Origin: a virus
Taxonomy: Duplodnaviria > Caudoviricetes
Length of the DNA: 31,469 nt
IMG/VR virus record: IMGVR_UViG_3300021956_000053
Coordinates: 1 to 31,469 of that record
Reading direction: 5' to 3' (one strand)
Both the position numbers and the translations under genes were made by a program. The notes under the pieces were generated by a model. The model was not told where the DNA came from. It ran no database searches and saw only the letters and a list, made by a program, of their open reading frames with translations. Of the stretch, positions 26,465 through 31,469 are shown piece after piece. The stretch's first letter is position 1. The number at the start of each line of letters is the position of its first letter.

Positions 26465-26779
26465 TTACGCCCCAAGCAAAGTGCTTTTGCCTAGCGTCAA
26501 TGATGTGGGATCCACCCCTTGCGCACCGGTTAGCATGGTGCCACTAGCGCCCCCTTTGCCGGCTTGCTGCGCGGCAGAAAGAATGGCGGCAGTGTCGGGT
26601 TTCTTTTGGTTCGCGCGGTTAAAATCTTGATCCGCTTGCTTAGCGGTGCGGTCCGCATTGGCCTGTGCTTGTTGCATAGACTTCTTGGCTTGATCCGCTT
26701 GCTCTGCGCCTTGTGCGGCAGAAACACCCACGCCGGCGACGGCAGCGACTGCGGTTACGGCTAATGCTACTCCAGACAT
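26465..26779 (-). CDS. Small pre-portal virion protein
   Basis: Hydrophobic N-terminus, Ala/Gln coiled region and C-terminal GTMLTG...KSTLLG motif typical of the pre-portal gene. Confidence 0.75.
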   Translation of the reverse strand: MSGVALAVTAVAAVAGVGVSAAQGAEQADQAKKSMQQAQANADRTAKQADQDFNRANQKKPDTAAILSAAQQAGKGGASGTMLTGAQGVDPTSLTLGKSTLLGA

Positions 26780-27210
26780 TGTGCTTCCTCGTAAGTGAGT
26801 TGTTCGGCACGAGTGAGCAGCTGCTCAGCCTCGTCGGTAAATTCGTTTTCGGCATCGGTCACGTTGGCCGCATCTGTGGCAAAACTCATCGTGAACGTAG
26901 TATCTTCAATCGCATACGCAGCTTGCTTACGGCCACCGGCACCCTCGATGATCTGATAGCCTTTGATCTCGCGCGCTTCTTCGCCGATGTACAGCATGGC
27001 GTGCCCGCTGACGATCAACGTCGTTGGAATCTTGACCATCACGCCCATGACAACAGTCCCCGCCGGCACAAACACAGTGCGGTGATACAGGCCTGCGTGC
27101 AGGTGATGCGTGGTTTTGATCTTCACCTGGGGCAACTCGCGCATAGCATCCTGCAATTGATACACGCATTGCAAAGCGCGGTCGTTCATAGTGTTGATCA
27201 CTGCGCTCAT
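26767..27210 (-). CDS. Cupin-like phage protein
   Basis: HHLHAGLYHRTVFVPAGTVVMG...GRKQAAYAIEDT, a beta-rich pattern seen in phage structural operons. Confidence 0.6.
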   Translation of the reverse strand: MSAVINTMNDRALQCVYQLQDAMRELPQVKIKTTHHLHAGLYHRTVFVPAGTVVMGVMVKIPTTLIVSGHAMLYIGEEAREIKGYQIIEGAGGRKQAAYAIEDTTFTMSFATDAANVTDAENEFTDEAEQLLTRAEQLTYEEAQCLE

Positions 27211-27665
27211 GTTTTTGCTCGCAGATAGATGCGGTTTGTTTCTTTGAAACCCATAGATTCCGCCGCTTTTGCAAGCCGGCTTTCCGAAGGCGCGCCGATA
27301 GCCAATGCCGCCATGCCGTGACTAAACGCAGCCTCTGCCACGCTATCAACCAGCTTTTTACCGGTGCCAAACTTGCGGTATTCGGGTAGCACAAAGATCG
27401 CCATGGTGTTGCCAATCGATGCGGAATACTGCGCGGCATAACACATCATGATCACCATGAAGCCAACCAAGGTGTCGCCTGCATACGCGCCATGTGCAAT
27501 GATGCCGCCGCTATCTTCCATGGCCGCGTAACCGTCCCAATCTGGTAGTGGTTCGGGCATGACAGAGAGCGCAGACTCCTGCGCATACGCGTCCAGTAGC
27601 GCGTCGATGTTACTCGCGGCTTGGATTTGGGCAATGCTGATGGGTTTGATTTGAATGTCGTTCAT
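27207..27665 (-). CDS. GNAT-family acetyltransferase
   Basis: LVGF strand, IFVLPEYRKFGTGKKL acetyl-CoA motif A, C-terminal MGFKET. Confidence 0.82.
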   Translation of the reverse strand: MNDIQIKPISIAQIQAASNIDALLDAYAQESALSVMPEPLPDWDGYAAMEDSGGIIAHGAYAGDTLVGFMVIMMCYAAQYSASIGNTMAIFVLPEYRKFGTGKKLVDSVAEAAFSHGMAALAIGAPSESRLAKAAESMGFKETNRIYLRAKT

Positions 27666-27673
27666 GGTGCCAA

Positions 27674-27707
27674 AGCCTACGGCACCATAATCTGGGTAAG
27701 TGCATCA
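27674..27707 (-). promoter_or_regulatory. Putative late promoter D (GNAT, portal, head spike)
   Basis: TGATGCACTT (27707-27698), 18 nt, TAGGCT (27679-27674). Confidence 0.72.
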
Positions 27708-29225
27708 AATCTTGTACGGATCGTAGTCGAGTACAGCGCGCCTGGTGTTGTTGCTACCAAAGGGCAAAAAGGCGCGCTTAGGTGTGTCAAGCAAGGCCAG
27801 ACAGTACGCGCTGCCATAGTCCGGTGATCGGCCAATCTTGGCAATGATCTCATCGCGACTGGCCACATAGATCGTCGATCCAGACAGTGACCAAGTGGGT
27901 GCGCAGAGATCTGCCAATAGGCGTGGATCTGGTGGCAAAGCAATGCCGGTGTTGTTAGTCGGATCGAGCGCTTCGCGCATGCGCCACCAAAGTTCTGAGC
28001 GTTGATTTTTAAATCTCAACCGGCCAGACTTATCCAAGCCGGTTGCGGCCTCAGATACGTTTACGCCGATCACTTGCTGATTGGTGTCTTTCAAAAAATC
28101 ATACGGCGATGCGCCCACACCGATCACGTCAATGTGAATTGGGGATTGATCGCGGTTAGCGGCAATCACTAAACCGGCCACGGTCGGTCCGTCCGGCGTG
28201 GCGGTGCCTGGATACACCAAAGGCACATCAAACCACATGTCATGCCGACGAGCGATGAGCGTAGTATCTCGCCCACCGCGCGCCACATCCACGCCAAGGG
28301 AGTCCATCGGCGGCAGCTTGAGTGGTCTTACCCACCTCGCTTGCGCATCTTCTACCCAAGCGGTTGGGATAACTTGCCAGGGGTCGTCTTCAATACCTGC
28401 CATAAAATCTCCGTATAGCATTTGTGAGCGTAAAGGTTCCGGCAATGCTTGCAATGTTGCCATGTAGCCAGTGTTCATCAAGTAGGGGTTATCGGATATG
28501 CGCGACGGAATGAACGTGCGCGACATCGGCGTGATGATGTCGTTGCCGTGTGTGAAGGTTGTGCCATCCTCGCATTCGATCTCTTTACCTTCGACCATCG
28601 CAAAATATCGTAGCTCGCCTGGTTGCGCAGGCTTTGGGTGCTTAGGATCGAGCCAAGGTGCGAAGAACGCAATGATCCACCGACCTTCTGCGGTCGTTGG
28701 TGGGTTAAAGGTCAGCAGTGCTTGACAGCGTTGCTTCGGATCTACCGATCGCAGCCAACCAAGCAAAGCGCGCACCTGGGATTCGAGAAAGTTGGCCGCC
28801 TCGTCAAAGATCAGCAGATCATGCGGTCGGCCTTGGTACTTGTTCCAGTCATCGACATTTGGTGTAGAGCCAAACTCGATCTGTTTGCCTGGTAGTCGCC
28901 AGATCCTTTCGGCCCCGTTAAAGCCATCACGGCTGCCGATAAGCTCGGTAAAGCGATCGATGATACCCGTAAGCTGGGTTGCCTCGCGTCGAAGCACCAG
29001 CGTCTTCTGATGCTGCCTGAGCGTCTTGCCACAAGCCAGATCTGTCTTACCTCCACCCGCTGCCCCACCATAGCCGATGATATCCGCCGTGGATTCATAC
29101 GCCATTGACTGCGGACCTTGTAGTGGCATCCATACCGGCATGGTCGCAAGCAAAGCATCAAGCTCTTTGAGTTCCGCCGGTGTGAGATATTTTAAAACTT
29201 CCGGATCAAACGAGGTCGCTTGCAT
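27705..29225 (-). CDS. terL: Terminase large subunit
   Basis: Walker A GYGGAAGGGKT, Walker B LLIFDEA, motif III TFNP, nuclease LGVDVARGGRD and RSPD. Confidence 0.95.
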   Translation of the reverse strand: MQATSFDPEVLKYLTPAELKELDALLATMPVWMPLQGPQSMAYESTADIIGYGGAAGGGKTDLACGKTLRQHQKTLVLRREATQLTGIIDRFTELIGSRDGFNGAERIWRLPGKQIEFGSTPNVDDWNKYQGRPHDLLIFDEAANFLESQVRALLGWLRSVDPKQRCQALLTFNPPTTAEGRWIIAFFAPWLDPKHPKPAQPGELRYFAMVEGKEIECEDGTTFTHGNDIITPMSRTFIPSRISDNPYLMNTGYMATLQALPEPLRSQMLYGDFMAGIEDDPWQVIPTAWVEDAQARWVRPLKLPPMDSLGVDVARGGRDTTLIARRHDMWFDVPLVYPGTATPDGPTVAGLVIAANRDQSPIHIDVIGVGASPYDFLKDTNQQVIGVNVSEAATGLDKSGRLRFKNQRSELWWRMREALDPTNNTGIALPPDPRLLADLCAPTWSLSGSTIYVASRDEIIAKIGRSPDYGSAYCLALLDTPKRAFLPFGSNNTRRAVLDYDPYKI

Positions 29226-29658
29226 CTACTTTCTGCCTGCCTTGAGCCTGTGCGATGAGCGCTGCGACTTTAGCCGCGCGATCAGTGTCGTTGATCTCAA
29301 CCGGTCCACCATCCGCACCGGTGAGTTCTGTGGTGATCTTATCGCCGTATTTCTTGGGAGCAAGTTTAGCTGCCCGCCAGCGCTTAGACGATAGCACCAC
29401 GTTGGCCGCTTTCGCATCGACTACACCAGATAGCGTGTCGCGCTCGATCTCTGCCATATCACACTCTAACGCCTCGGCTTGCAAAGTTCTGGCGCGCGCG
29501 CACCTGCTGGCAAAGTCATCGTTAGCGTCAAGCCACCGCCAGACCGTTCGCCAATTCGGCATGTGAATATCCGCGCAAATTCCACGCATTGATTCGCCTT
29601 CCGCAATTCTTGCGCATATCTCATCTGCCAACTCTTCGCTGTAACTTACTCGTGCCAT
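29206..29658 (-). CDS. terS: Terminase small subunit (Sf6-like)
   Basis: YSEELADEICARIAEGESMRGIC...MPNWRTVWRWL HTH, KLAPKKYGDK and ELTGADGGPV motifs. Confidence 0.9.
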   Translation of the reverse strand: MARVSYSEELADEICARIAEGESMRGICADIHMPNWRTVWRWLDANDDFASRCARARTLQAEALECDMAEIERDTLSGVVDAKAANVVLSSKRWRAAKLAPKKYGDKITTELTGADGGPVEINDTDRAAKVAALIAQAQGRQKVDASDLV

Positions 29659-29661
29659 TTT

Positions 29662-29901
29662 TTAATCCTCCAAAAAACATTTTTTTAACCGGGCAATCGT
29701 TTGCCCGCGTCGTTCGTACCGGCAGATCCTGCCCACCGTCACCTTGCTGATTTCAAATTTCTGAGCAATGACGCGGTATCGCATACCTTCTTCCGCCAAT
29801 GCCCTGATCAGTTCGATGTCATCATCGCTCAGTTTTGCTCGGGGATGGCTTTCACCTATGCGTAAGCCGTCCTCGTTTACCGCCACCAATATCGTTCTCA
29901 A
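29662..29901 (-). CDS. Small HTH DNA-binding protein
   Basis: IGESHPRAKLSDDDIELIR then YRVIAQKFEISKVTVGRIC helix-turn-helix. TTG at 29901 is 7 nt from GGAGG, whereas TTG at 29907 is only 1 nt from it. Confidence 0.75.
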   Translation of the reverse strand: MRTILVAVNEDGLRIGESHPRAKLSDDDIELIRALAEEGMRYRVIAQKFEISKVTVGRICRYERRGQTIARLKKCFLED

Positions 29902-29930
29902 AGCCAATCCTCCAAACCCGCAAAAAACGC

Positions 29931-30101
29931 CTGTAACTACCTGTAACCTCCGTAACCACTACCTCTATAACCTTTCCTCTAGCCCCCTTATATAGTAATA
30001 TCTATATAGTTATAGATAAGGTAGTTACGGTAGTTACGTGGTTACAACCCTTGGTTTTACTGGGCTAAAACGTAACCACCTCCTTTTATTAGCTAGTTAC
30101 A
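29931..30101. repeat. Iteron-like repeats around an AT-rich core, putative replication origin
   Basis: GTAAC at 29933, 29943, 29952 and 30072; inverted GTTAC at 30024, 30033, 30041 and 30096; AT-rich centre about 29988-30019; directly downstream of the helicase gene. Confidence 0.7.
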
Positions 30102-31469
30102 AGGTAGGTACACCCACATTAACTTGCCATCTAGCCGCCGCTGTTTTCGCGCAAAACCCGCAATCCGCAAAACTTTACCTATTTGCATCTCGTCAGCGCG
30201 CGATAAATTACGTGCTTCAATCCGCAAACATTCGCGCGCAATATCTCCTGTCCGCAAAAATTCACGCGCTCGCGGTATTTCGCCTGTTAACGCATCTGGT
30301 GCGGATAGCCAATTTTCAATTTCTTCTTGGAAGCGTTCGGTCATCGTGTGTTCTTCATGCACGTCCGCGGCCAAGCGTTCAGCATCTCGAAACGCGATTC
30401 CAAATAAAGAAAATAGCTCACGGCCCTCCGCCCACAATTGCAAACGATCGCGGCGGATGGCTTCGATATCCGCCTGACCAACGCGGACCGGACACCAACG
30501 ACGGTTACCGGTGTCATCGGCTAAAAATTGCTCCTGATTGGTCGTGCCGATAAACACCAAACGGCGGGGAAACGACGTGGCAAACTCTCGGTATTTAGGG
30601 ATCCAGTTTTCATGTGTTCTGGTGATAAAAGCCTTGATTGATTCCTGCTCCTTGGTGTGCAGCCCGCGCAGCTCTCCGATCTCAGCGAGCAAACGGCCCC
30701 GCATCTTGCGTGACAGATCCTCCTCCTTTTCATGAAAACTCACCTCGGTAAAAAAATCCTGAGACGGCACCATCGCCGCCACGCTCGATGACTTTTTAGA
30801 ACCTTGCTCACCGATTAAGATTGGCACCATATCCGCCTTGATGCCAGGCTCAAGCACACGGCCGGCCAACGCTGTCCAAATATAAGAAGCCACGGCTCGG
30901 GTGTAGTCGGTGTCATCTGCGTTAAAGTAGTTAGATAGAAAGCGCTCAACCCTAGGCACGCCGTCCCATGTCAAGCCGTCTAACCACTCGATCGCAGAGT
31001 CAAAGGGATTGTCATCTGCTACCATCAACACCACATCGCGGATCAACTCACGGCCGACCGGTTTAAACCCACCTTGTTCCAAGGTGATGCGAAGGCGAGA
31101 GTAGTCCGCATCGGTGAACGCGCGCCAGGCATTAGGCGCATCGTCCGGAGTAAACATGATCTCATCTCGAAAACTGTCATAGCGGATCTGAATCCCGCAC
31201 AGGTCTGGACGGTTTAGAGCTTTGCTCACGTTCTCAATGGTTGATTCGATTGCGCCCACTTTGTCGCGCTTAAAGCGCGGCATCTCGCGCTCACCGGATG
31301 GCACCTCAACGACATCAAAATCATCTGAGGTGGCGATTGATGCACTTGCTTTACCCTTGGCTTTGAGACAATGCTCACGCCATAGGTATAGCAGTGCTCT
31401 ATCCTGATCCTGCCGCCTGTGGTCGAGCGCGACCTCCATCGCAAAATCGTTATAAGCCAAAATCGACAG
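30093..31469 (-). CDS. VapE-like primase-helicase, C-terminal ATPase part (5'-partial)
   Basis: WDGVPRVE, Walker A-like ILIGEQGSKKSS, EIGEL, VFIGTTN...FLADDTGNRRW. The frame is open to the window edge. Confidence 0.9.
   Translation of the reverse strand: MSILAYNDFAMEVALDHRRQDQDRALLYLWREHCLKAKGKASASIATSDDFDVVEVPSGEREMPRFKRDKVGAIESTIENVSKALNRPDLCGIQIRYDSFRDEIMFTPDDAPNAWRAFTDADYSRLRITLEQGGFKPVGRELIRDVVLMVADDNPFDSAIEWLDGLTWDGVPRVERFLSNYFNADDTDYTRAVASYIWTALAGRVLEPGIKADMVPILIGEQGSKKSSSVAAMVPSQDFFTEVSFHEKEEDLSRKMRGRLLAEIGELRGLHTKEQESIKAFITRTHENWIPKYREFATSFPRRLVFIGTTNQEQFLADDTGNRRWCPVRVGQADIEAIRRDRLQLWAEGRELFSLFGIAFRDAERLAADVHEEHTMTERFQEEIENWLSAPDALTGEIPRAREFLRTGDIARECLRIEARNLSRADEMQIGKVLRIAGFARKQRRLDGKLMWVYLPCN

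Noticed and set aside
26927-27439. 170-aa minus-strand ORF overlapping the GNAT and cupin-like genes
   Set aside because: Alternative frame of two better-supported genes, with implausible composition.
30785-30820. Inactive helicase because Walker A reads GEQGSKKS
   Set aside because: The Lys-Ser pair and the other VapE-like motifs are intact, so there is no evidence of decay.
5900-31407. Many plus-strand ORFs of 60-220 aa
   Set aside because: They are antisense shadows of the long minus-strand genes, with no recognisable motifs.

Overview
About 31 kb of a temperate podovirus of the BPP-1/epsilon15-like type, probably the non-integrated form. Left to right: a 5'-truncated tyrosine integrase (+), a complete convergent tRNA-Ser(UGA), and an intact lambda-like attP with arm repeats and IHF sites. 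The minus-strand late region follows: lysis cassette, tail fibre, tailspike, three ejection proteins (one a 2732-aa multi-enzyme protein), tail tube, capsid, a head-spike module with an SGNH esterase, portal, cupin-like and GNAT genes, terminase, an HTH protein, an iteron-like origin and a VapE-like helicase cut by the window edge. Main observations: (1) the predicted att core is only the Ser(UGA) anticodon loop and a full tRNA of the same anticodon sits beside it, suggesting a replacement tRNA; (2) a four-copy late promoter motif TGATGCACTT-N18-TAnnnT is built on upstream stop codons, and three copies overlap hairpins that hide the downstream ribosome-binding site; (3) the giant injected protein carries ADP-ribosyltransferase-like, Cys-rich Gp88-like and HExxH modules joined by a repeated Y[ND]Q[SG] linker. 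All protein calls come from motif recognition and synteny, not database searches.
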